A DNA stretch of 64,000 nt, taken from assembly GCA_963674945.2 (NCBI GenBank), contig CAXXWQ010000001.1, positions 192,001-256,000 of the forward strand, written 5' to 3'. A program made the translations under genes and the position numbers. Below the pieces are notes generated by a model. It did not search any database, was not told the DNA's origin, and worked only from the letters and a program-made list of their open reading frames with translations. This document shows positions 1 through 11,476 of the stretch, one piece after another; the stretch's first letter is position 1; each line of letters begins with the position of its first letter. This DNA comes from an uncultured Desulfosarcina sp. GTDB taxonomy: Bacteria; Desulfobacterota; Desulfobacteria; Desulfobacterales; Desulfosarcinaceae.

Positions 1-3000
1 TTTCATGACGATGATGTTTCGGTTGGTGATCTGGGCGATATCCAGGTCATGGTCCGCAAGGGCCTCAAAGAGGACGCCTTCCAGCCGTTCGCTGATGCGA
101 CTGGTGCCCACGGTAACGGTCTTGGCCTGATGCTTGATGGCGTCCACCGGCCGGGACATGAGATTGATGGATTCGCCCAGCACCCGGAACAAGGTATTGA
201 GAATATTTTTCGCCGTTCCCTTGATGCCGAAATCCAATTCGAAATCGGTGAGGGGCAACCGCCCCGACAGATACTTGAAAAGCAGCGTCAGATCCGATGC
301 ATTGGTGATTGCCGTGGGAAATTGCGCGGCACTTCGCCTGCTCCGGAAGGCCTGGTAAAAACCGGCGATCTTCTCCCGGAATCCCTTTTCCAGCACCACC
401 TCGTAGACATCCAGTCCCTGGGCTGCAAGATCGTCGAGGGTTTTGTAGATGGATTCCCGCACCTCGTGGAGAAACCGGGATCCTTCGTGGATGGCCAGGG
501 CCGCATGGTACCCCCAGATATGACCCACGAGGGTGTTCAGGATCGGTGCGAATTGGGGGCTCACCTGGGGAACGTGGAACACGTCCTCGGCGTAGGGCGC
601 GAATCTCTCTTCTCCCTCGTCGGCGATGATCACCGGTGCGGCCTTGTGGGCCTTGAAGATGGCGGTATCCTTGATGATGTCCCCGATGACGGTCCCCTTG
701 GACCCGGCGGCACATACGATGATGAGCGGTTCCGAGGAGAGATCGATGTGTTTTTTGTCTTCCACGAAATCGGACGAGATCGTTTTGTAGCATAACTCAC
801 TGAGTTTGATACGGATTTCATCTGCAGAGGATTTGTTGGGTCCGCTGCCCACGGCGGCCCAATAGGTCTTGGTGCCCGCCAGTCGCCGGGCGGATGCCTG
901 AATGGGTTCCTGCATTTCCAGGATGCTGCGCATGTGATCGGGAATTCTGAGCAGTTCGGCGATCTGATCCGAAAGAAATTCCGAAGAGCGCTTGCCCCGA
1001 ATGCTGGCCACCTTCAATCCCAACAGGGCGCCGGCGACGATCTGTGAGTAGAATGCCTTGGTGGAGGCCACGCTCATTTCGATGTCCCGGCCGCTGGAGG
1101 TATACAATACGCCGTCCACCTTGAAGGTGATATCCGAATCCCGCCGGTTCACAATGGCCAGGGTGTGTGCGCCACGGGCCTTCACCATGTCCACGGTGCG
1201 GTTGGTGTCCGTGGTGGTCCCCGATTGGCTGATGGCGACGACGAGCGTATCGGTCATGCTCTTTTCATCGTCCCCTTCTTTCAACTCGAATCCGGAAAGC
1301 TCCGAGGCCTTGAGGGCACGAAGCTGCATGGTGGGATCGGAAAGATACGATTTCAATATGTCCGCACATGCCTGGGCGGCGATGCCGGCGGTCCCCTGGC
1401 CCACGAAGAAGACCCGCCGAATCCGATTTTCGGAAAAAGCCTTTTCCAAAGATGGGGGGAACATCTTTTCATCCAGATGGATCACGTAACGCTGGCCCTC
1501 TCCTTTGTCGATGATTTTCCAACGATTGAGAAGGGTACGTTCCACCGACAGGGGCGCTTCGGAAATTTCTTTCAGGAAGTAGTGGGGAAATCCCTGGCGG
1601 TCGATGTCCCGGGAAGTGATCTGCGTCTGTTTGACATCATCGTCGGTGAGGGAAAGGGGCGTTCCATCGTAGTACATGGCCTGGATGCCTTTCGTGCCGC
1701 CGGTGGATCGTTGATCCAAAACGAAGATTTGCCCCTGGGTGTTACCGGATTTTCCCGCTACGATCTTTTCGCCGTCCATTTTCACGAAGGCCTGTGTCTC
1801 CTCGATGAATCCGTACACCTCGGATGTGGGCATGTAGTGGTCGCCTGCCAGTCCCACGAAGACCGCCTGACCGCTTCCCTTTTGTGCCAAAAAGAATTTT
1901 CCCGGCGCCAGATCCGTATGCATGGCGATGGCGTGGGACCCCTGGAAATCGTTTACCGCCAACCGAAAGGCCTCCGTCACCGTCACGCCCTTTTTCAGGT
2001 GATGCTCGATCTGCAAAGGGATGATTTTCGTGTCCGTGGTGATGGGGTCGGGGATCCGATTCCCGCACGATTCCATGGCCGCTTTGAGTTCCATGTAATT
2101 GTCGATGTCGCCGTTGAGGCAGGCGTGGATGATGGGTCGATCCTTCAACGTTGCCCCCGCTGTCGTGTTGTCCACCGGATGACAATTGGGTTCGGTGATG
2201 GCTCCCACGGAAGCCCAGCGGGTATGGGAGGAAACCGTGTGAAAGTCATGATCGGCGGCTGCGATGCGTTGCAGGATGTCGTCCTGCCGGATTTGTCCGC
2301 GCAAAAACCGAATGTTGTCCCCGAGGCTTCCGATTTCTGCGGCGATTTTGTAAACCAAGGTCACGGCGACCATTGACCTGCCGTCCTCGCCAATGGAACG
2401 GTTGCGGCTGATGCTGGTATTGCCCAGAACATCCTTGTCCATGCGACTTTCGAATTTCGCTGCCAGATTTTTTTGTTCCAGCTCTGTAAAGAAATGTTCA
2501 TAGGCGTCTTCCGAAAGGAGGAACATGATGGAGATGCCCGCGGAATCCCGCCCCCGAACTTCCAACCGATCGATGCTGTTGAGTACCGCGTTGATCTGCC
2601 GAAGGACTGTCGTGTGATTTTCAGACAGAGGCTCACCGTCATCGGGCATGAGGTCACGGATTTTTTCGATGTTGCCGGCCAGTTCCACGTTCAGGCACCA
2701 GATGATGTCTTTTAGCGTCTCGATACTTTTGGAAACGGCGTCCACCGTTTGACTTTCCAGACTGCCCGCCTGTTCGGCCAGCAGCGTCTGCTCACGATTC
2801 AATAGAGATGACAAGGTTTCGCTCAGATCAGAAAGTTGCTTTTGCGCTCCCGCATCATTGAAGAGGCGGAGAAACAGTGCCTCCTGTTTGAGAGTGCGGA
2901 TCCGATCCAAAAGGGTGGCAAGGTTCGTTTCCCCGCCGAGATAGCGATCGACGATGTCACCCGTGCCATGGGACAGGGTCTCCAGGCCCGCGCTATCGGC

Positions 3001-3252
3001 TGCCGAAACGAGTTTTACCATGGGCGCGAGATCCATTGCCGCCGCCGGAACCCTGCGGCCTTTCACGGCAATGATGCCGGCCAATCCACAACAGAATTGG
3101 TTGGCAAGGCATGGAAATAGGATGATCGCCGGTCCGTGAACCGTATGTGGATGACGTCCCCATCGGATTCTTGGAAACGGAAAAAGACGATCGCCAATTT
3201 TTCTGAGAAAGTGCTTCATGTGAAAAGCAGCACTCGATTCGTTTCGTGCCAT
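1..3252 (-). CDS. glmS: Giant glutamine--fructose-6-phosphate aminotransferase (GlmS)-like protein, at least 1084 aa; its 3' end runs off the left edge of the window
   Basis: Not in the ORF track because there is no stop in the window. I translated segments by hand in one frame from ATG 3252 (AGAGGG upstream). Motifs found: CCGLAGII, LEVRGRDSAG, SHTRWASVG..NCHP, LNGDIDNY, EMSVASTKAF, IKLSELCY..KKHID and AKTVTVG. These correspond to the GlmS GATase and two SIS domains. Confidence 0.85.
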   Translation of the reverse strand, partial: MARNESSAAFHMKHFLRKIGDRLFPFPRIRWGRHPHTVHGPAIILFPCLANQFCCGLAGIIAVKGRRVPAAAMDLAPMVKLVSAADSAGLETLSHGTGDIVDRYLGGETNLATLLDRIRTLKQEALFLRLFNDAGAQKQLSDLSETLSSLLNREQTLLAEQAGSLESQTVDAVSKSIETLKDIIWCLNVELAGNIEKIRDLMPDDGEPLSENHTTVLRQINAVLNSIDRLEVRGRDSAGISIMFLLSEDAYEHFFTELEQKNLAAKFESRMDKDVLGNTSISRNRSIGEDGRSMVAVTLVYKIAAEIGSLGDNIRFLRGQIRQDDILQRIAAADHDFHTVSSHTRWASVGAITEPNCHPVDNTTAGATLKDRPIIHACLNGDIDNYMELKAAMESCGNRIPDPITTDTKIIPLQIEHHLKKGVTVTEAFRLAVNDFQGSHAIAMHTDLAPGKFFLAQKGSGQAVFVGLAGDHYMPTSEVYGFIEETQAFVKMDGEKIVAGKSGNTQGQIFVLDQRSTGGTKGIQAMYYDGTPLSLTDDDVKQTQITSRDIDRQGFPHYFLKEISEAPLSVERTLLNRWKIIDKGEGQRYVIHLDEKMFPPSLEKAFSENRIRRVFFVGQGTAGIAAQACADILKSYLSDPTMQLRALKASELSGFELKEGDDEKSMTDTLVVAISQSGTTTDTNRTVDMVKARGAHTLAIVNRRDSDITFKVDGVLYTSSGRDIEMSVASTKAFYSQIVAGALLGLKVASIRGKRSSEFLSDQIAELLRIPDHMRSILEMQEPIQASARRLAGTKTYWAAVGSGPNKSSADEIRIKLSELCYKTISSDFVEDKKHIDLSSEPLIIVCAAGSKGTVIGDIIKDTAIFKAHKAAPVIIADEGEERFAPYAEDVFHVPQVSPQFAPILNTLVGHIWGYHAALAIHEGSRFLHEVRESIYKTLDDLAAQGLDVYEVVLEKGFREKIAGFYQAFRSRRSAAQFPTAITNASDLTLLFKYLSGRLPLTDFELDFGIKGTAKNILNTLFRVLGESINLMSRPVDAIKHQAKTVTVGTSRISERLEGVLFEALADHDLDIAQITNRNIIVMK

Positions 3253-3392
3253 GTCGTTTGCCCTCTTCTAAAACGCGTCCATCAAAATAAAGTAAAAGAG
3301 ACTTTCTGTAAAAAGCTTTTCCCATTTTTCCCCATCGGCAAAATAGATGGAAGAATGACCCTCTTTCGTAATATTGTCTGGCCCTCGATGGC

Positions 3393-6046
<2,654 letters not shown>

Positions 6047-6123
6047 GGAGCAGTGGGCGCGTTGGCTTTACGCTTCGGTATCGTTCGTGTTCTGCTTTTC
6101 ATATGGATTGCATCCGAGGACAT

Positions 6124-8046
6124 CTATCCAATCGGTGTGCCGGGTGCCACCGCTTTGTCCAATGTGGCCACGACGGCTCCCTTTTCGTCCGTCGCCGCGA
6201 TGAGCATGCCATGGGACGTAACTCCCATAAGTTTTGCCGGTTTCAGGTTCGCGACGATGATGACCTGTTTGCCCACCAGGTCCTCAGGCGTATAGCTGCC
6301 GGCGATGCCGGAGACGATGATCCGCCGCTGGCCCAGGTCGACTTCCAGCTCGAGAAGTTTTTTCGCCTTGGGTATGGCCTTGGCCGAAACAACGGTGGCC
6401 ACCCGAAGGTCGATCTTGGCGAAGTCTTCGATGGTGATCTCAGGCTTCATGGGCCTGACGGTTTTTTCGGGTTGGGGCGGCTTTTCCGGTTCCTGGTTGA
6501 TTTTATCCACATCGATACGGGGAAACAGGGAAACGGCGTTTCCGATCTTTTGCCCCGGATTCGTGCCTCCCCACCGGGAAAGGCGATCGATTTTGAAAAA
6601 GGCGTCCGTTGCGGAAAAACCCAGGTGCCTTTGCATGGTTATGGCGGTCTGGGGCATTACTGGATAGATGAGGCCGGAGATGATGCGAAGTCCTTCCAGA
6701 AGGTTATAGATCACCGTTTCCAGTTGCCGCCTTTTGTCCTCCTGTTTTGCCAGCACCCATGGTTCGGTTTTCACCACATACTTGTTCATGTGGTCGATAA
6801 ATTCCCAGGCGGCAGTGAGCCCTTTGTGGAAAGCGAAGTTTTCCATGGCTTCCATGTAGGCATCGATGGTGCTGTGGCTCCGGTCGGAAAGACTTTCCTT
6901 CATATCCTGGTCTGCCTTCGGATCCGGCGACGGGATGATGCCGTCGAAATACTTATGGGCCATTGCGAGGATCCGGGAGAAGAGATTGCCCAGGTCATTG
7001 GCCAGATCCGAATTGATCCGCTGGACCAGGGCCGCCTCGTTGAAGCTGGAGTCCAATCCAAAGGACATGTCCCGCATGAGGAAGAAGCGAAAGGCATCCA
7101 GGCCGTATTTGTTTCTCATGGATAGCGGCTCGACCACGTTGCCGATGCTTTTGGACATCTTGCTGTCGTCTACGTTCCAGTAGCCGTGTACATTGAGATG
7201 TTGATAGATGGGAATCCCTGCGGCCTTGAGCATGATGGGCCAGTAGATGCCGTGGGGTTTGAGGATATCCTTTGCCACGATGTGCTGGGCGACGGGCCAG
7301 TATGTCTTGTACAATTCGCCATCCGGATAACCAAGTGCCGAAATATAGTTGAGCAGCGCGTCGAACCACACGTAGGTAACGTAATCGGGGTCGAAGGGCA
7401 AAGTGATGCCCCAATTGATACGTGATTTGGGTCTGGAGATGCAAAGGTCGTCCAAGGGTTCCCGCAAGAAGGCGAGCACCTCGTTCCTGTAGCGCTCCGG
7501 CCGGATGAAATCGGGGTTGTCGTGGATGTGGTCGACAAGCCATTTCTGGTACCGGCTCATCTTGAAAAAGTAATTGGACTCCTTGATGGTTTCCGGCACG
7601 GTCTGGTGGTCCGGACAGCGCCCCTCGACGAGTTCCCGTTCGTTATAGAAACGTTCACAGCCGAAACAGTAAAGACCTTCATATTCGCTGAAATAGATGT
7701 CTCCGGCATCGTAAATGCGTTGAAGGATGGATTTCACGACGGCCTTGTGGGCCGGGTCGGTCGTCCGGATGAAATCATCGTTGGAGATGTTCAGCTCCGG
7801 CCAGAGGGCTCTGAACAGGCCGCTGACGTGATCCACATATTCGCGTGGTGTCTGATTCTCCTTTTCGGCGGCGCGGATGATCTTGTCGCCGTGTTCGTCC
7901 GTTCCGGTGAGAAAGTAGGTCTTTTCGGTGGACATCTGGTGAAACCGGCGGGAAACGTCGGCAGCGATGGTCGTATAGGCATGGCCCAGGTGGGGCCTGG
8001 CGTTCACGTAGTAAATGGGTGTTGTTATGTAAAATGGCAATGCCAT
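6124..8046 (-). CDS. metG: Methionine--tRNA ligase with C-terminal tRNA-binding (Trbp111-like) domain
   Basis: YITTPIYYVN..PHLGH, GTDEHG, YVWFDAL, KMSKS and a C-terminal DLRVA..ANLKP OB domain. Confidence 0.97.
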   Translation of the reverse strand: MALPFYITTPIYYVNARPHLGHAYTTIAADVSRRFHQMSTEKTYFLTGTDEHGDKIIRAAEKENQTPREYVDHVSGLFRALWPELNISNDDFIRTTDPAHKAVVKSILQRIYDAGDIYFSEYEGLYCFGCERFYNERELVEGRCPDHQTVPETIKESNYFFKMSRYQKWLVDHIHDNPDFIRPERYRNEVLAFLREPLDDLCISRPKSRINWGITLPFDPDYVTYVWFDALLNYISALGYPDGELYKTYWPVAQHIVAKDILKPHGIYWPIMLKAAGIPIYQHLNVHGYWNVDDSKMSKSIGNVVEPLSMRNKYGLDAFRFFLMRDMSFGLDSSFNEAALVQRINSDLANDLGNLFSRILAMAHKYFDGIIPSPDPKADQDMKESLSDRSHSTIDAYMEAMENFAFHKGLTAAWEFIDHMNKYVVKTEPWVLAKQEDKRRQLETVIYNLLEGLRIISGLIYPVMPQTAITMQRHLGFSATDAFFKIDRLSRWGGTNPGQKIGNAVSLFPRIDVDKINQEPEKPPQPEKTVRPMKPEITIEDFAKIDLRVATVVSAKAIPKAKKLLELEVDLGQRRIIVSGIAGSYTPEDLVGKQVIIVANLKPAKLMGVTSHGMLIAATDEKGAVVATLDKAVAPGTPIG

Positions 8047-8049
8047 GTT

Positions 8050-8856
8050 CTAGCTCCTGTCCGTGATGATCTCGTCTCTTTCGATCTCCACCTCCCCACC
8101 GGATTCCAAACGAACCGTAATGCGGTTTCCGATCACGTTGTGTCGGGTGACCTTTCCCTGACCCTTTTGCGTATTCACGACTTTTCCGATTTTCGGGTAT
8201 CCTTTTTTTAGGGCGCGGTAAGTTTCGTTTTCGAATGTCAGGCAGCACATGAGCCTGCCACACTGGCCGGAAATCTTCGTCGGATTCAAACTCAATCCCT
8301 GCTGTTTGGCCATGCGGATCGAAACCGGTTCGAACTTTTCCATGAAGGTGGAGCAGCAGAAAACGCGTCCACACCGGCCTATGCCGCCGCACATCTTGGC
8401 CTGGTTTCGAATGCCCACCTGGCGCATTTCGATGCGAACCCGAAACTGTTTGACCAGGATCTTCACCAATTGCCGAAAGTCCACCCTTCCGTCCGCGGTG
8501 AAAAAGAAGGTCAAACGACTGGCATCGAAGGTGCTTTCCACCGAAAAAAGGTTCATTTTCAGACCCAGTCGCTTTACGCTTTCCAGGCAGAAGGCATGGG
8601 CTTCTCTTTCCAGGGTCTCGTTCTGTTCGACCTGGCTCAGATCCTTTTCATTGGCCTTTCGAAAAACCTTTTTCAGGGGCTTTTTGGGTGTGTCGTCCGG
8701 TTCGATCAACTCCGGTGGCGTTTCCACCGTACCGAATCCCAACCCTTTTTCGGTTTCAACGATCACCTTGTCCCCCACATTGAGGACGAAGGCGCCGCAG
8801 CTGAAATCATATACCTTACCGCCGGTCTTGAACCGGATTCCTACTCGTTTTTCCAT
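8050..8856 (-). CDS. ricT: PSP1/YaaT (RicT) family Fe-S regulatory protein
   Basis: ADGRVDFRQLVK, RIEMRQVG, GRCGRVFCC and NPTKISGQCGRLMCCL motifs; lies between holB and metG. Confidence 0.9.
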   Translation of the reverse strand: MEKRVGIRFKTGGKVYDFSCGAFVLNVGDKVIVETEKGLGFGTVETPPELIEPDDTPKKPLKKVFRKANEKDLSQVEQNETLEREAHAFCLESVKRLGLKMNLFSVESTFDASRLTFFFTADGRVDFRQLVKILVKQFRVRIEMRQVGIRNQAKMCGGIGRCGRVFCCSTFMEKFEPVSIRMAKQQGLSLNPTKISGQCGRLMCCLTFENETYRALKKGYPKIGKVVNTQKGQGKVTRHNVIGNRITVRLESGGEVEIERDEIITDRS

Positions 8857-9904
8857 GTCTCACATCTATATGTGCGCATGTCGCTGCCATCCGCAGGACC
8901 ATGGCATCCAGTGTCAGTCTTGTATTTGTGTTGGACCGAAGGGCGGCCAACGCATGATCCAAAGCTTCGATCATCGAAAGCAGTTGTGCCGGTTCCAAAC
9001 GATTCGCAACGGCGGCAACCATTTCCATTCGATCCCGGTTGACGACCTTTTGGGGATCAAACTTGATCACCAACGCGTCCCGTAGCCATATTGTAACGAT
9101 TTCCAGCGATTCTTCAATACGTTCCTTTCTTTTTGCCAACTTTTCGGAAAGCGCAAGCCAGTATCGAATCTGGGACGAATCGCCTTCGTTTATCCGGTCG
9201 GTGATGGCACCGATGAGCCAATCCCGGCGCTTGGGCCATGGCTCCTTTGCCCATCTCTTCGCCCGGGTGAAGCTGCCGCCGCTCAATCGGGTCCCCAATT
9301 CTACGGTTTCCGGTGTCGTTTTGTCCTCCTTTTCCAACAGATGTCGGATCGCTGCCGGATCAAGGGGAAAAAAGCGCATATGCCGGCATCGCGAGGCAAC
9401 CGTGGGCAGCAGATTGGACGGTTGGTTCGCCGTAAGCACCAGCAAGGTATGGTTCGGTGGCTCTTCCAGTATCTTCAACAGTGCGTTTGCCGCCTGCGGG
9501 TTCATGGCCTGGGCTTCGGACAGGATGACGACCCGTTGGGTCGCTTCATGGGGTTTTAAGGCCAAGGTCTCAAGCATGGTTCGAATCTGGGAGATGGCAA
9601 TGATGGATGATCGAGGCTGGATATGAATAATGTCCGGATGCTGGTTCCCCGCAATCTTTTTACACGGGGCACAGTATCCACAGGCATCGATTTCGTCGAT
9701 GGAAAGATGGTCTATACGCTGCTTTTGTAATGTGTGGCAATTTATGGCCATGGCGAATGCCAGGGCCGTCATCTTTTTCCCTATCCCATCGTCTCCCGAA
9801 AAGAGCAGTGCATGGGGCAGTCTACCATTGGCAATGAACGACTGGAGCAGTCTAATGGGTTGCCGTTGACCAATAATGGCGCGAAATCCGTTTGCCGTCG
9901 TCAT
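8816..9904 (-). CDS. holB: DNA polymerase III subunit delta'
   Basis: HALLFSGDDGIGK, CGYCAPC Zn motif, HPD, AANALLKILEEP and TVASRC. Confidence 0.93.
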   Translation of the reverse strand: MTTANGFRAIIGQRQPIRLLQSFIANGRLPHALLFSGDDGIGKKMTALAFAMAINCHTLQKQRIDHLSIDEIDACGYCAPCKKIAGNQHPDIIHIQPRSSIIAISQIRTMLETLALKPHEATQRVVILSEAQAMNPQAANALLKILEEPPNHTLLVLTANQPSNLLPTVASRCRHMRFFPLDPAAIRHLLEKEDKTTPETVELGTRLSGGSFTRAKRWAKEPWPKRRDWLIGAITDRINEGDSSQIRYWLALSEKLAKRKERIEESLEIVTIWLRDALVIKFDPQKVVNRDRMEMVAAVANRLEPAQLLSMIEALDHALAALRSNTNTRLTLDAMVLRMAATCAHIDVRHGKTSRNPVQDRR

Positions 9905-10006
9905 TTTCTTCTATGGATCCCGGAATCCTGAATCGGCGTTGCCTCCTTCTTCCTTTTCGACCCATATCCAGATGGCGTCGCTACATGGCATTTGGCCCCG
10001 CTTTGG

Positions 10007-10282
10007 TTATCGATCCACCCGTTCTTTTAATTCTTTGCCGGCTTTGAAAAAAGGAAGTTTTTTGGGTTTTATGGTGACCTTTTCTCCGGTTTTGGGATTT
10101 CTGCCCGTATAGCTCTTGTACTCTTTCACGAAGAAGCTGCATAATCCCCGAATTTCAACACGCTCGCCGTCAGCCATGGCATCTGCCATGCTGTCAAAGA
10201 AAATCTGAACCACTTTGGCCGCTTCGGATTTGGAAATGTCTGCTTTGGTTTTCAAAGCGGAGATGAGCTCCAGTTTGTTCAT
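10007..10282 (-). CDS. Integration host factor / HU family DNA-binding protein (IhfB-like)
   Basis: MNKLELI..RVEIRG..GRNPKTGE..FKAGKELKERV; AGGAGG RBS before ATG 10282. Confidence 0.92.
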   Translation of the reverse strand: MNKLELISALKTKADISKSEAAKVVQIFFDSMADAMADGERVEIRGLCSFFVKEYKSYTGRNPKTGEKVTIKPKKLPFFKAGKELKERVDR

Positions 10283-10372
10283 GTATCCTCCTTGAACCAT
10301 CGGTATGATCTACGGGATTGAAAGGGAGTGAAAGTGGATCTATAAAATAGAACTTGATACAATGTCAAGTAG

Positions 10373-10900
10373 TTATGATAATATTTCCGGTAGTTTTTCA
10401 ACATCGTCGGCATCGACGTTGACGGCGGCGAACTGGCCCAGCGCCTCGATGTTGACGATCACCCGACCATCGCCCCGATAACTGGAAAATACGCCCGTGA
10501 CGCCGGTGAAAGGACCGTTGATCACCACCACCCGGTCCCCCTTTTTAAACCGTGTTCCGGTGATCACCTCCTGGTCCGTTGCGACCATGATCTTCAAGGA
10601 GTCGATTGTCGCATCGGGAATGGAGACCGGCCCCTGTTTGCTGCCGATGAGTTTGACCGCTCCGGTGGTTTTTAATATTTCCAGATGTTCGTTGGGGTTC
10701 AGGTCTGTTTTCACGAAAACATAGCCTGGAAAAAGGGGGACGCGAATCATCTTGTGCCGGTCCCTTCGCCGGCTCTTCACCGTGATTTTCGGCAAAAAGA
10801 CGGTGAGCGTCTTCTTGGACAAGCCTTCGCTCACGACGTTTTCGAATCGGCTTTTCGTGTGCAGGGCATACCAGGCGTTTATCAGTTTATCTCCGGGCAT
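10373..10900 (-). CDS. NusG-paralog transcription antiterminator (UpxY/LoaP-like)
   Basis: NGN domain WYALHTKSRFE..PLFPGYVFV and KOW domain GDRVVVINGPFTG. Confidence 0.88.
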   Translation of the reverse strand: MPGDKLINAWYALHTKSRFENVVSEGLSKKTLTVFLPKITVKSRRRDRHKMIRVPLFPGYVFVKTDLNPNEHLEILKTTGAVKLIGSKQGPVSIPDATIDSLKIMVATDQEVITGTRFKKGDRVVVINGPFTGVTGVFSSYRGDGRVIVNIEALGQFAAVNVDADDVEKLPEILS

Positions 10901-10918
10901 AAATGGCTCGATCCTGTT

Positions 10919-11100
10919 AGTGCCTATCCAGAAATGGCCAAGCCAATTTTAACTTTGGCCGATATCGGCGTTGCACCAAAAATTTTATCCTCTGAATATC
11001 AACCATATGCACCCCAAGGGCATTTCCTTCGGGGCACCTGTGGTAAAATTTTTCGTGCGCCTTGATCTCAACCCAATTTGCCTATTTCTGGAAAGAAACT
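10919..11100. repeat. Palindromic intergenic element (MITE/REP-like), related to the 19084/45102/57897 family
   Basis: Imperfect terminal inverted repeats AGTGCCTATCCAGAAAT / ATTTCTGGAAAGAAACT (14/17 match). The internal motifs CCGATATCGGCG and CCTTGATCTC are shared with the other copies. Confidence 0.7.
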
Positions 11101-11290
11101 CTTTATACGTCTTGTATCTGACGATTTTTTCTGTCGTAACTGCCGAATGAAGCTCGTGCGATAAAAACGTCGTGTATCATTGCCCATGGTAAAAGGCAAA
11201 TGGCATTGTCAGTTGAATCGTATTTCACCCAGAGATTCTGCCCCTCTGGGCCAAGTTATAAGATAAATGGCGCTGCCGTAATATTGCATC

Positions 11291-11405
11291 AAGAATCCAG
11301 GAGTCAGAATCAGGTATTCGCCTTCGGCTCAATCATAGGATCGAATCGATGGCGTGAAGCGACATCAATTTCATTCTGGCTCCTGAATTCTGGCTTCTGA
11401 CTCCT
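11291..11405. repeat. Intergenic palindromic repeat, family B copy 1
   Basis: AAGAATCCAGGAGTCAGAAT...GCCTTCGGC...ATTCTGGCTCCTGAATTCTGGCTTCTGACTCCT; its core is nearly identical to 14877-15011. Confidence 0.85.
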
Positions 11406-11476
11406 ATGATTTCCCAGGATTTCAGTCTTTCCCCCTTCGCGGAGAACCCAATATCCAGCCTTCTGGCATCAAATTT

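Noticed and set aside
49..3139. Several long plus-strand ORFs (e.g. 49-795, 1165-2376) and alternative minus-strand ORFs
   Set aside because: They are shadows of the giant GlmS-like gene, whose frame carries all the conserved motifs.
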